This document shows, in pieces, positions 8,841-18,279 of a stretch of DNA of 64,000 nt (positions within the stretch are counted from its first letter, which is position 1; the number at the start of each line of letters is the position of its first letter). The notes below the pieces were generated by a model. It was given only the letters and a program-made list of their open reading frames with translations. It did no database searches and was not told the DNA's origin. This DNA is from Erythrobacter sp. (lineage in GTDB: Bacteria; Pseudomonadota; Alphaproteobacteria; Sphingomonadales; Sphingomonadaceae): NCBI GenBank assembly GCA_044348875.1, contig JBIKSA010000005.1:112-64111 (forward strand), in the 5' to 3' direction. Both the position numbers and the translations under genes were made by a program.

Positions 8841-8980
8841 GGCGGGCCCTCTCTCTCCCTTTGTTGACACGGATGTAACCACAGCCGCCCTCCAAAAGCG
8901 AGTCTTGAATAGCAAAGTGCAACTGAGTTTGGAGGCAGTGCTTTATGCCCCCGGCAGAGTGACTCGCGTGCAATTACGGG

Positions 8981-9092
8981 GTGCGGCGGCTGTAAAGCGC
9001 CTAATGACGATGATGCGCGCCCCGGCGGTGCTGACGCATTATTGATCATCCGCCGCCCGGTGTTCCGTCACCACCAAGGCGTTTTACCGCAC
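8981..9092 (+). ncRNA. Candidate structured RNA with possible pseudoknot
   Basis: Stems 8992-9002/9077-9087, 9005-9009/9066-9070, 9010-9017/9035-9042; loop 9023-9028 complementary to 9050-9055. Confidence 0.35.
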
Positions 9093-9315
9093 CTGACGTT
9101 ACGGTTTCCGATGCGCGCGATGGTTGAACAATAATGTTGCGGCCTTGGCTGCCATCTGGCCTTCATGCTGCACTGCAGCAGTAGTTGTGACATTTTTGCT
9201 ACATCTTTCCAGAACTTGCCTATGACTCTTGTTAGGCCGCGCGACACTGATAGGTTTCTGTCCGCTAACCCAAGTCCGGCATAAAGACCGGCTGGTATGT
9301 GGAGAGAGGGAACCC

Positions 9316-11889
9316 ATGACGCGCAAGTTCGCACAATTCGCCTGCGGCCTGATGGCCTGTAGCGCACTGACCACCCCCGCCTTTGCTCAGGACGCCGAGT
9401 CCGAGGCGCAGGCCGACCGCAACGACAACGTCATTATCGTGACCGCGACCCGCCGGGCGCAGGACGTGCAGGACATTCCGCTGGCGGTGACCGCGATTTC
9501 GCCGCAGCAGCTCGAAGCGCAGCGCGTGGTCAACATCCAGCAGATCGCCGCGCTCGCCCCCAGTTTCACCGCCAGTCAGGCGCAGCTTGCCTCCGGTTCG
9601 GTGGTGCTGCGTGTTCGCGGTGTCGGGACGACGTCGAACAATATCGGCTTTGAAAGCGCCGTCGGCATCTTCATCGACGGCGCCTATCAGGCCCGCCCGG
9701 GCGTGGCATTGAGCGAATTCGTCGATGTCGAACGCGTCGAAGTGCTGCGCGGCCCGCAGGGCACGCTGTTTGGTCGCAACACATCGGCTGGTGCGCTCAA
9801 CATCACCAACGTGCGTCCGGACGTCACGGAATTCAGCGGCTTCGTGAATGCGGAATACGGCAATTTCGATGAAAAAAGCCTGCAAGGCGCGGTCAACGTG
9901 CCGATCGTGCAGGATACGCTGGCGCTGCGCGTCACCGGTGCCCTGCGCCAGCGTGACGGTTTCCTGACCGTGGTGGACCGCACGGGCCGCGAAGTGGGCG
10001 ACACCAATGATGTCGACCAGTGGCTGGTGCGCGGCCAGCTTGGCTGGGACACCGACAGCGGTCTGCGCGGCCGCATCATCGCCGATTATTCGAAGAGCCA
10101 GTCGAGCTGCTGCGGCGCGATTGAGCTTTACCAGTCGCCGCTGGTAACCGGCGGGGCGTACGCCGCAGTCGGTCTGGGTCTCAACGGCGGCAACGGCCAG
10201 CCTTCGGTCAGCACCAGCGAGCGCGACCAGGGCGCGTTCGAGCGGGCGATGGACAACCGCGTCGTCTCGGCCAATTTCGCTCCTATCGCCGATATTGAAA
10301 ACTACGGCGTCACCGGTGAGCTTGAGTTCCCGATTTCGGAAAATGCCGACGTCATCTTCATCGGGTCGTACCGGAAGTATGACAGCTTTGAAAATTACGA
10401 TTCCGATTTCACCGGGCTCGACATTTTCAACGTTCCGGCTCTCAACCTCGAAATCGACAACTGGACCGCGGAACTGCGCTTCCAGGGCGAAGGGATGGGC
10501 GGCAAGCTCAACTACATGATCGGCGGCTTCTATTCCGACGAGACGATTGACCAGTCGGCGACCTTCGCTCTGGGACAGGATTTCGGCGAGAATGTCGGCG
10601 CGCTGCTGTTCCCGGCCACGGCCGGGGCGCTTGGGCCCAACCCGCTGACGGTGTTCACCGGGGTCGATCCGGCAGGCACCCGCACCACCAACCGCTTCCA
10701 GCAGGATGCCAAGAGCTACGCGCTCTTCACCCACAACTCCTTCGAAATCACTGATGGGCTCGAACTGACAGTCGGCGCGCGTTATTCGTGGGAAGACAAG
10801 TCGGGTGGCTTCACCCAGACGGCAACCAACAACCGGATCTGCCCGGCCACGCTCACTGCGGTTGGTGCCGGTGGGGTCGCACCTGTGGTGCCCGCTGCCC
10901 TGCGGCCTTCGTTCATCGGTCTGGGCTGCTTCGGTTTCACCGCGCCGGCGAACTTGCCGCAGTCGGCTGCCCTGCCGCTGGTCCGCACCTTCCAGTCGGA
11001 CTTTAACGACGAAGAACTGATCTATACCGTCAAGCTCGGCTATGAATTCAGCCCGTTCGTCAGCAGCTATGCAAGCTTCACCCACGGTTACAAGGCGGGC
11101 GGGATCAACCTTGATACCACCGCTGCAGTGGGCGGGGCGGAACCGACCTTCTTGTCGGAAGAGGTCGACGCCTTCGAACTCGGTGTGAAGGGCCAGACTC
11201 CGGATGGCGCGCTGACGGTCAACGTCGCGGCGTTCTACGAGGAGTTCACCAACTTCCAGGTGCTCGAATTCACCGGGACCGCCTTTGCCACCTTCAACGT
11301 GCCGGTTGCCGAGACAAAGGGCATCGAAATCGAAAGCCTTCTGCGCCCGGCTGATGGCCTGACGCTGAACCTGGCGGCAACCTTCCTTGAAGCCAGCTAC
11401 CCGGATGATTGCGCGGGCAATCAGACTGCGGTGCAGGTGGTGGCGCTGTGCGGCAATGATCTGACCAACGCGCCGCAAGTCGTCGCGCTGGCCGGGGCGA
11501 TGTGGGAAAAGCCGATCAACGATTCGACCGAGTTCTTCATCTCGGGTCAGGTCCGGCTTGAAAGCGATCAGCGCACGTCGACGCAGGCGATCGCCCTGCC
11601 GACCGTGGCGGCTGGCGCGACCCAGGCACAGGTGCAGACCGCAGTGAATGCTGCGCCCGACATCATTGCCGACATTCAGGACGGCAAGGCCTTCGTAAAC
11701 ATGCGCGCCGGCCTGCGTTTTGCCGGCGGTGCCTATGCGATCGAGGGCTGGGTGAACAACCTGACCGACGAAGTGGTACGCGGGGTGACCTTCAACACCA
11801 CGCTGCGGGGTTCGGGTGCGGCCAACTCGCGGTCGGCCTTCACCCTGCCGCCGCGCCAGTACGGCATCACGTTGCGCGCCAAGTTCTGA
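9316..11889 (+). CDS. TonB-dependent receptor
   Basis: Signal peptide, IIVTATRR TonB-box region, plug ERVEVLRGPQGTLFGRNTSAGALNI, C-terminal PRQYGITLRAKF; start MTRKF at 9316. Confidence 0.96.
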   Translation: MTRKFAQFACGLMACSALTTPAFAQDAESEAQADRNDNVIIVTATRRAQDVQDIPLAVTAISPQQLEAQRVVNIQQIAALAPSFTASQAQLASGSVVLRVRGVGTTSNNIGFESAVGIFIDGAYQARPGVALSEFVDVERVEVLRGPQGTLFGRNTSAGALNITNVRPDVTEFSGFVNAEYGNFDEKSLQGAVNVPIVQDTLALRVTGALRQRDGFLTVVDRTGREVGDTNDVDQWLVRGQLGWDTDSGLRGRIIADYSKSQSSCCGAIELYQSPLVTGGAYAAVGLGLNGGNGQPSVSTSERDQGAFERAMDNRVVSANFAPIADIENYGVTGELEFPISENADVIFIGSYRKYDSFENYDSDFTGLDIFNVPALNLEIDNWTAELRFQGEGMGGKLNYMIGGFYSDETIDQSATFALGQDFGENVGALLFPATAGALGPNPLTVFTGVDPAGTRTTNRFQQDAKSYALFTHNSFEITDGLELTVGARYSWEDKSGGFTQTATNNRICPATLTAVGAGGVAPVVPAALRPSFIGLGCFGFTAPANLPQSAALPLVRTFQSDFNDEELIYTVKLGYEFSPFVSSYASFTHGYKAGGINLDTTAAVGGAEPTFLSEEVDAFELGVKGQTPDGALTVNVAAFYEEFTNFQVLEFTGTAFATFNVPVAETKGIEIESLLRPADGLTLNLAATFLEASYPDDCAGNQTAVQVVALCGNDLTNAPQVVALAGAMWEKPINDSTEFFISGQVRLESDQRTSTQAIALPTVAAGATQAQVQTAVNAAPDIIADIQDGKAFVNMRAGLRFAGGAYAIEGWVNNLTDEVVRGVTFNTTLRGSGAANSRSAFTLPPRQYGITLRAKF

Positions 11890-11930
11890 GGCGCGTCATA
11901 AGCTAGCTCCGAAAAGGAGCGGGAGAGGGG

Positions 11931-11960
11931 AGGCGGTTCGCTACGGCGAGCCGCCTTTTC
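11931..11960 (+). terminator. Terminator after TonB receptor
   Basis: GGCGGTTCGC-TACG-GCGAGCCGCC then TTTT. Confidence 0.75.
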
Positions 11961-11967
11961 CTTTTGT

Positions 11968-12050
11968 GCGAGGGCACCTGCGCGCCCCCGTCCTCGGTGC
12001 GGCTCCCTTCGCTTCGCTACGGGCGCACCTGCGGCGTCGTTCCAGCGTTA
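11968..12050. repeat. REP-like palindromic intergenic element
   Basis: GCACCTGCG occurs twice; CGTCCTCGGTGCG...CTTCGCTTCGCT...GGGCGCACCTGCGG hairpin between two facing terminators. Confidence 0.45.
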
Positions 12051-12073
12051 CTTCGCGGGGTTCGGGGGCCACG

Positions 12074-12106
12074 AAAAAGGCGGCCCGGTTGCCCGAGCCG
12101 CCCTTT
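12074..12106 (-). terminator. Terminator after acyl-CoA dehydrogenase
   Basis: GGCGGC...GCCGCC stem with A-run on + strand (U-run on -). Confidence 0.65.
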
Positions 12107-12160
12107 AATTGCAATAATCGCGCCGGAACGGTCGCGTTAGCGACCGCAAGGCTACCCCGC

Positions 12161-13324
12161 TTACATAGATCTTGCGATCAGCATCTTCATGATTTCGTTC
12201 GATCCACCGTAGATGCGGGCGATGCGGGTATCGCGATACATGCGGGCGATGGCGTAATCATTGATGTAGCCTGCGCCGCCATGGAATTGGAGGCACTTGT
12301 CGACCACTTCGCTTTGCAGCTCGGTCACCCAGTACTTCGCCATGCTCGCGGTCGACACGTCGAGCTTGCCTTCCAGCAGCTTTGCGATGCAGTCGTTCAC
12401 GAACACGCGGGCCGCCGTGCCGCGCGCTTTCAAGTCCGCCAGCACAAACTGGGTGTTCTGGAAATCCCAGATGGTCTTGCCGAAAGCCTTGCGGTTCTTG
12501 ACGTATTCGACCGTCACATCGAGTGCCTTTTCGATCCCGGCAATCGCATTCATCGCAATCACCAAGCGTTCCTGCGGCAGCTCGCCCATCAGCTGGTAGA
12601 ACCCGCGCCCCTCGACACCGCCCAGCAGATTGTCGGCCGGAATGAAGACATTGTCGAAGAACAGTTCCGAGGTGTCCTGCGCATCCAGCCCGATCTTGTC
12701 GAGCTTCTTGCCGCGCGCAAACCCTTCCGCGCCGTCGGTTTCCAGCAGCAGCAGCGAGATGCCCTTGGCGCCTTCGGCCGGATCGGTCTTGGCGACGACG
12801 ATGATGAAATCGGCGAGCTGTCCGTTCGAAATCCAGGTTTTCGACCCGTTCAGCCGGTAGCCGTTACCATCCTTCAGCGCGGTCGTCTTGATCGACTGTA
12901 GGTCAGAGCCCGCATCCGGCTCGCTCATCGCGATCGCGCTGACCAGGTCGCCAGCCACCAAACGCGGCAGGTACTTCTGCTTCTGCTCCTCGGTGCCGTG
13001 GCGCACGAGGTACGGCAGGATGATGGTGTTGTGGAGCGACGCGCCGAAGCCGTCGACGCCGTGTTCGCCCTGCTTGGAGATCACCACCATGTCATGCCGG
13101 AAGTCGCCGCCGTGGCCGCCATATTCGGTCGGCACCGACACGCCGAGCAAGCCCGCTGCGCCCGCTTCGCGCCAGAATTCGCGTTCGACCATGCCGTCCT
13201 CGCGCCATTTCTCGACCCGCTTTTGCGGCGCATGCTGGGCATAGAATTTGCCAACCGCGTCGGCGAAAATGGCAATTTCTTCTTCTTCCATGAAGGCCGG
13301 CTGCGGCACATCGATGACAGGCAT
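12161..13324 (-). CDS. Acyl-CoA dehydrogenase (long-chain-like)
   Basis: AIAMSEPDAGSDLQ, LNGSKTWISNG, RKAFGK, IYGGSNEIMK. Confidence 0.95.
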   Translation of the reverse strand: MPVIDVPQPAFMEEEEIAIFADAVGKFYAQHAPQKRVEKWREDGMVEREFWREAGAAGLLGVSVPTEYGGHGGDFRHDMVVISKQGEHGVDGFGASLHNTIILPYLVRHGTEEQKQKYLPRLVAGDLVSAIAMSEPDAGSDLQSIKTTALKDGNGYRLNGSKTWISNGQLADFIIVVAKTDPAEGAKGISLLLLETDGAEGFARGKKLDKIGLDAQDTSELFFDNVFIPADNLLGGVEGRGFYQLMGELPQERLVIAMNAIAGIEKALDVTVEYVKNRKAFGKTIWDFQNTQFVLADLKARGTAARVFVNDCIAKLLEGKLDVSTASMAKYWVTELQSEVVDKCLQFHGGAGYINDYAIARMYRDTRIARIYGGSNEIMKMLIARSM

Positions 13325-13386
13325 TTTTCTCTCCTCGTGATCCCAAAAACGGCGCCGCGCGTTGATCGCGCGCCGCCGCTAAACCT

Positions 13387-14160
13387 TTACTTGCCGGTCC
13401 AGTTCGGCTTGCGCTTTTCGGCAAAGGCGGCTGCGCCTTCGCGCGCATCGTGGCTGACGAACACCGGGCCGATCAGCTTGCCCTGATTGGCGTAGCGATC
13501 TTCCATCGCCCAGCCGCGCGATTGCTTCATCACCGCCTTGGACACCTTCACCGCGAGCGGGCCGTTGGCCGCGATCTTCGCCGCAAGCGCCTTTGCGCCT
13601 TCAAGCGCCGGGCCTTGGGTCACTTCGTTGATCATGCCCAGCTGGTAGGCCCGCTCTGCCCCGATGAAATCGCCGGTCAGCGCCAGTTCCAACGCGATGC
13701 GCTCAGGGATCTGGTCAGGCAGCATCATCACGCCGCCAGCGGCTGCGACAAGACCGCGCTTCACTTCGGGGATGCCGAACTTGGCGTTGGTATTGGCGAC
13801 GACGAGATCGCAGGCGATCATCAGTTCCAGCCCGCCCGCCAGCGCATAGCCTTCGACCGCCGCGATCAGCGGCTTGGCCGGAGGGGCCTGCACCACGCCG
13901 CCGAAGCCCTTGCCTTCGACGCTGGGGGTTTCGCCGCGCAGGAAGCCCTTCAGATCCATGCCCGAACAGAAGGTGCCGCCTGCACCAGTGATGATGCCGA
14001 CGCGCAAGCTGTCGTCGCTATCCAGCCGCTCCATCGCTGCTGCGATTCCCTCGGCCGCAGCGCGGGTCATGGCGTTCTTGGCTTCGGGGCGGTTGATGGT
14101 GACAATGAGGACGCCGTCCTCGACTTCGGTCAGCACTTCGGGGGCAGCGGTCTCGCTCAC
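13387..14160 (-). CDS. Enoyl-CoA hydratase/crotonase family protein
   Basis: FCSGMDLK, AAVEGYALAGGLEL, FGIPEVKRGL, EKRKPNWTGK. Confidence 0.94.
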   Translation of the reverse strand: MSETAAPEVLTEVEDGVLIVTINRPEAKNAMTRAAAEGIAAAMERLDSDDSLRVGIITGAGGTFCSGMDLKGFLRGETPSVEGKGFGGVVQAPPAKPLIAAVEGYALAGGLELMIACDLVVANTNAKFGIPEVKRGLVAAAGGVMMLPDQIPERIALELALTGDFIGAERAYQLGMINEVTQGPALEGAKALAAKIAANGPLAVKVSKAVMKQSRGWAMEDRYANQGKLIGPVFVSHDAREGAAAFAEKRKPNWTGK

Positions 14161-14227
14161 GGTTCTCTCTCCTATCGAATTTGTGATTGCGATTTGAAAC
14201 GCAAATCTTGTGCGAGTGGTGAAGCGG

Positions 14228-14245
14228 GTTTACGTGACCGTCAAC
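14228..14245. promoter_or_regulatory. LiuR-like (MerR family) operator
   Basis: GTTTACGTGACCGTCAAC versus recalled consensus TTTACGT-NN-ACGTAAA, between divergent beta-oxidation genes. Confidence 0.5.
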
Positions 14246-14275
14246 TGCAATTTCGCTCAATCGGAGAGGATCACC

Positions 14276-15544
14276 ATGGCCGAGGCTTACATCATCGACG
14301 CAGTGCGCACCCCGCGTGGAATCGGCAAGGTGGGCAAAGGCGCGTTAGCGCATATGCACCCGCAGCATCTGGCGGCGGCGTGTCTGAAGGCGATCGCCGA
14401 ACGCAATGATCTGGACACCGCCACTGTGGGTGATGTGGTTTGGTCGACATCCAGCCAGGAAGGCAAGCAGAGCGGTGATTTGGGCCGGATGGCAGCGCTT
14501 GATGCGGGTTATGACATCAGGTCGAGCGGTATGACCCTGGACCGGTTTTGTGGGGGTGGGATCACCGCTGTCAATCTGGCTGCGGCGCTCGTCATGAGCG
14601 GGATGGAGGATTGCATCGTCGCCGGCGGAACCGAGATGATGAGCTTGACCAGCGAAATGGCGAAAGAGCGTATGCACCTGGGTCTGGCACCGCGCATCAT
14701 GGGCAGCCACAACGAACGGTTGGCGAAAGTGCACCCGCAATCCCAGCAAGGCATTTGCGGGGATGCGATTGCGACGATTGAAGGGTTCACTCGTGAAGAC
14801 CTCGATATGGTTGCCCTCAAGAGCCAAGAAAACGCAGCCAGAGCCATTGCCGAAGGTCGGTTCGACAAATCGATCATCCCGGTTCTGGATGATGATGGCA
14901 ATGTGGTGCTGGATAAGGAAGAGTTCCCGCGCCCCGGAACCACCATGGAAGCGCTTGCCGCACTGCCTGCTTCGTTTGAGAAAATGGCCGACATGTCGAT
15001 GGGCGAAGGGCAGCCGACCTTCCGCGAAATGGTCAATCAGAAGTATCCCGATGTCGATATTCAGCATTTCCACGGGCCGGGCAATTCCTCGGGCGTGGTT
15101 GATGGCGCAGCAGCCGTGCTGGTCTGCTCGAGGGAATATGCCGAGAAAAACGGCCTGAAACCACGCGCACGGATTGTGGCGACCGCCAATATGGGCGATT
15201 GCCCGACATTGATGCTCAACGCACCGGTGCCTGCCGCAAAAAAGGTTCTGAGCAAGGCTGGGCTGACGGTCGATGATATTGACCTGTTCGAAATCAACGA
15301 AGCCTTCGCCGTGGTCGCCGCCAAGTTCGTGCGCGACCTTGATCTCAGCTGGGACAAGGTCAACGTCAATGGCGGTTCGATTGCGCTGGGCCACCCGATC
15401 GGCGCGACCGGATCGATCCTGATCGGCACGGTGGTTGACGAGCTGGAGCGTCGCGGAGGCCGCTATGGTCTCGTCACCATGTGCGCGGCGGGCGGTATGG
15501 CACCTGCGATCATCGTCGAGCGGGTCGACGGCTTCGTCGACTAA
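14276..15544 (+). CDS. Acetyl-CoA C-acyltransferase (thiolase)
   Basis: DRFCGGG, NEAF, GHPIGATG, MCAAGG catalytic motifs; start MAEAY at 14276 after GGAGAGG. Confidence 0.95.
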   Translation: MAEAYIIDAVRTPRGIGKVGKGALAHMHPQHLAAACLKAIAERNDLDTATVGDVVWSTSSQEGKQSGDLGRMAALDAGYDIRSSGMTLDRFCGGGITAVNLAAALVMSGMEDCIVAGGTEMMSLTSEMAKERMHLGLAPRIMGSHNERLAKVHPQSQQGICGDAIATIEGFTREDLDMVALKSQENAARAIAEGRFDKSIIPVLDDDGNVVLDKEEFPRPGTTMEALAALPASFEKMADMSMGEGQPTFREMVNQKYPDVDIQHFHGPGNSSGVVDGAAAVLVCSREYAEKNGLKPRARIVATANMGDCPTLMLNAPVPAAKKVLSKAGLTVDDIDLFEINEAFAVVAAKFVRDLDLSWDKVNVNGGSIALGHPIGATGSILIGTVVDELERRGGRYGLVTMCAAGGMAPAIIVERVDGFVD

Positions 15545-15566
15545 GCTGACGAGTGGGGCTGCAGAC

Positions 15567-17093
15567 ATGATCGCTGACAACACGCCCGTCATTATCGGGG
15601 TCGGGCAGTATTCGGAACGGGTCGGAGAGCCCGGTTACGAGGCGCTGTCCTATATGGACCTTGCTGGACGGGCGCTGGGGTCAGCGATTGCGGATTCGGG
15701 AGCGAGCGGCGAGGTGGCTTCGGCTATCGACACCCTCGCGGCGATCCGCGCCTTTGAAATGTCGCGGCCTGACAGGAAGCCGCCGTTCGGTGCGGCGGAC
15801 AATGTCCCGCGTGCGATTGCCAAGCGGGTTGGTGCGAACCCGGCGCGGGCGATCCTGACGACGACCGGAGGGCAGACCAACCAGCAATTGGTGGGCGAAT
15901 TTGCCAGCGCCATCGCGGCGGGGGCAAGCCAGTGCGCGGTGATCGTCGGCGCCGAAGCGATCTCGACCGTGCTGGCGCTGTCGGCCAAGGGCGAAATGCC
16001 CGATTGGTCGGAAGCCATCGGCGGGGCCCTTGAAGATCAGGGCTTCGGGATGGATGATCTGATGGAGCCCGCGCTGTTCGCCCATGGAGCGAGCGGGGCG
16101 ATCCCGCTTTATGCGCTGGCGGAAAATGCCCGGCGCGCGAAGCTGGGGATGGGACTGGAGGAATACCGGCTCGAAATCGGCAAGCTGTTCGCGCCCTTCA
16201 CGCGGGTCGCGGCGGCCAATCCGCATTCCGCCGCGCCTGTGGAGCGCACGGCGGAAGAACTCGCCGCCGTCACCGACCGCAACCGGATTGTGGCCGAGCC
16301 CTATCCGCGCATGACCGTGGCGCGCGATCAGGTGAATCAGGCAGCGGCGGTGATTGTCGCCAGCGCGGGCCTCGCGCGTGCGCTGGGCGTGCCGGAGGAC
16401 AAGTGGGTGCACATCCACGCCGTCACCGCCGCGACCGAACTGAAGCTGTCGCAGCGGCCCGACCTTGCGGGCAACCCCGCCTCGCTCGCCAGCGTCGATG
16501 CGGCGCTTTCCCGCGCGGGCAAGGGCATCGACGCGATGCGCTACATCGACTTCTATTCCTGCTTCGCGATCCCGGTGTTCAACCAATGTGACCACTTTGG
16601 GCTGGCGGTGGACGACCCGCGCGGATTGACGCTGACCGGCGGCCTGCCGTTCTTCGGCGGGGCGGGGAACAACTACTCTGCCCATGCCATCGCCGAAGCG
16701 GTGCAGCGGGTGCGCGGGGATCGGGGTGCCTATGCTTTGGTCGGCGCGAACGGCGGCTGGATGAGCAAATATGCGACCGGCATCTATTCGACCGACCCTG
16801 CGGACTGGAGCGGTAATGACCGCTTCGCCGTGCTGCCCAAAGCGACTGACAAGGTGCCTGTGGCGCGCGAACCAGTGAATGCGGCGGTGGTCGAAACCTA
16901 CACCATCAACCGCGGGCCCAAGGGCGCCGAAGCGATCTTCATCGGGCGCAGCGACGCGGGCGAGCGGGTGGTGGGCAATGCCGATCTGACCGATGCGGCC
17001 ACGGCTGAGGCCTTCGAAAGCGGCGAGCCTTTCGGCAAGCGCCTCGCGCTGGTGCAGGACGAACGCGGGCGGGTGGTGGGCCGCATCGCCTGA
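15567..17093 (+). CDS. Thiolase-like protein (TLP1-type, extra C-terminal domain)
   Basis: PVIIGVGQ, ARDQVNQAAA, YSCF, TGGLPFFGGAGNNY; lacks CxS and GHPxGATG; start MIAD at 15567. Confidence 0.8.
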   Translation: MIADNTPVIIGVGQYSERVGEPGYEALSYMDLAGRALGSAIADSGASGEVASAIDTLAAIRAFEMSRPDRKPPFGAADNVPRAIAKRVGANPARAILTTTGGQTNQQLVGEFASAIAAGASQCAVIVGAEAISTVLALSAKGEMPDWSEAIGGALEDQGFGMDDLMEPALFAHGASGAIPLYALAENARRAKLGMGLEEYRLEIGKLFAPFTRVAAANPHSAAPVERTAEELAAVTDRNRIVAEPYPRMTVARDQVNQAAAVIVASAGLARALGVPEDKWVHIHAVTAATELKLSQRPDLAGNPASLASVDAALSRAGKGIDAMRYIDFYSCFAIPVFNQCDHFGLAVDDPRGLTLTGGLPFFGGAGNNYSAHAIAEAVQRVRGDRGAYALVGANGGWMSKYATGIYSTDPADWSGNDRFAVLPKATDKVPVAREPVNAAVVETYTINRGPKGAEAIFIGRSDAGERVVGNADLTDAATAEAFESGEPFGKRLALVQDERGRVVGRIA

Positions 17094-17124
17094 ACTTGCG
17101 CGAATCGTCGGTCTGCGGTAATTG

Positions 17125-17138
17125 GTTTCAATTGAAAC
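17125..17138. promoter_or_regulatory. Perfect palindromic operator upstream of hppD
   Basis: GTTTCAATTGAAAC, 25 nt before the hppD ATG. Confidence 0.55.
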
Positions 17139-17163
17139 TATATCCACAAACCGGGGAATCGCC

Positions 17164-18279
17164 ATGAACGCGCCGACAAAGGATCTTTTCGACAACCCCG
17201 CCGGGCTCGACGGGTTCGAGTTCGTCGAGTTCTGCGCGCCGGAAAAGGGCATGCTGGAGCCTGTGTTCGAAGCGATGGGCTTCACCCGCGTGGCCCAGCA
17301 CCGCTCCAAGGACGTGCACCTGTGGCGGCAGGGCGGCATCAACCTGATTGCCAATTACGAACCCAAAAGCGCCGCATGGTATTTCGCGCGCGAACATGGC
17401 GCGTCGGCCTGCGGGATGGCGTTCCGGGTGCGCGACGCGGCGGCGGCCTATGACCACCTGATCACCAAGGGCGCAGAGCCGGTGGCGGTGCAGACCGGCG
17501 TGATGGAACTGCGCATCCCGGCAATCCGCGGCATCGGCGGGGCGATCCTTTATCTGGTCGACCGCTATGACGGGTCGGCCAAGGGCAACGGCTTGACCAT
17601 TTACGACATCGATTTTGAATACCTCCCCGGTGTCGACCCGCACCCTGTCGGCGCGGGCTTCCACACCATCGATCACCTCACCCACAACGTCTATGGCGGG
17701 CGGATGAAGTTCTGGGCGGACTATTACGAGACGCTGTTCAACTTCCGCGAAATCCGCTTCTTCGACATCAAGGGCGAATATACCGGCCTTACTTCAAAGG
17801 CGCTGACCGCGCCTGACGGCAAGATCCGCATCCCGCTCAATGAAGAGGGCGAGGGCGGCAAGGGCCAGATCGAGGAGTTCCTGCGCGCCTTCAACGGCGA
17901 AGGCATCCAGCACATCGCGCTGATCTGTGACGATCTCCCAGCCTGCTGGGATCGGCTCCAGAAGCTTGGCGTGCCGTTCATGACCGCGCCGCCTGCGACC
18001 TACTACGCCATGCTTGACGAGCGCCTACCCGGCCACGGCGAAGATGTGGGCGCACTCCAGATGCGCGGCATCCTGATGGATGGGACGACGGAAGGCGGGC
18101 AGCCCCGCCTGCTGCTGCAAATCTTCGCGCAGGCGCAGGTCGGCCCGGTGTTCTTCGAATTCATCCAGCGCAAAGGCGACGAAGGCTTTGGCGAAGGCAA
18201 CTTCAAGGCCCTGTTCGAAAGCATGGAGCGCGACCAGATCGAGCGCGGCGTGCTGACGGTTGAGGAACCGGCGGAATGA
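17164..18279 (+). CDS. hppD: 4-hydroxyphenylpyruvate dioxygenase
   Basis: [55 protein letters not shown]. Confidence 0.97.
   Translation: MNAPTKDLFDNPAGLDGFEFVEFCAPEKGMLEPVFEAMGFTRVAQHRSKDVHLWRQGGINLIANYEPKSAAWYFAREHGASACGMAFRVRDAAAAYDHLITKGAEPVAVQTGVMELRIPAIRGIGGAILYLVDRYDGSAKGNGLTIYDIDFEYLPGVDPHPVGAGFHTIDHLTHNVYGGRMKFWADYYETLFNFREIRFFDIKGEYTGLTSKALTAPDGKIRIPLNEEGEGGKGQIEEFLRAFNGEGIQHIALICDDLPACWDRLQKLGVPFMTAPPATYYAMLDERLPGHGEDVGALQMRGILMDGTTEGGQPRLLLQIFAQAQVGPVFFEFIQRKGDEGFGEGNFKALFESMERDQIERGVLTVEEPAE

Noticed and set aside
8841-9315. Cobalamin or TPP riboswitch upstream of the TonB receptor
   Set aside because: Conserved cores (B12 box/GCCACTG; TGAGA of TPP) were not found by eye; an Infernal search would settle it
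9265-11478. Long antisense ORFs (also 7278-8867, 15681-17354, 25599-26981, 34539-36023, 61698-63533 and others)
   Set aside because: They mirror well-supported genes on the opposite strand, have no family motifs, and are expected shadows in high-GC DNA
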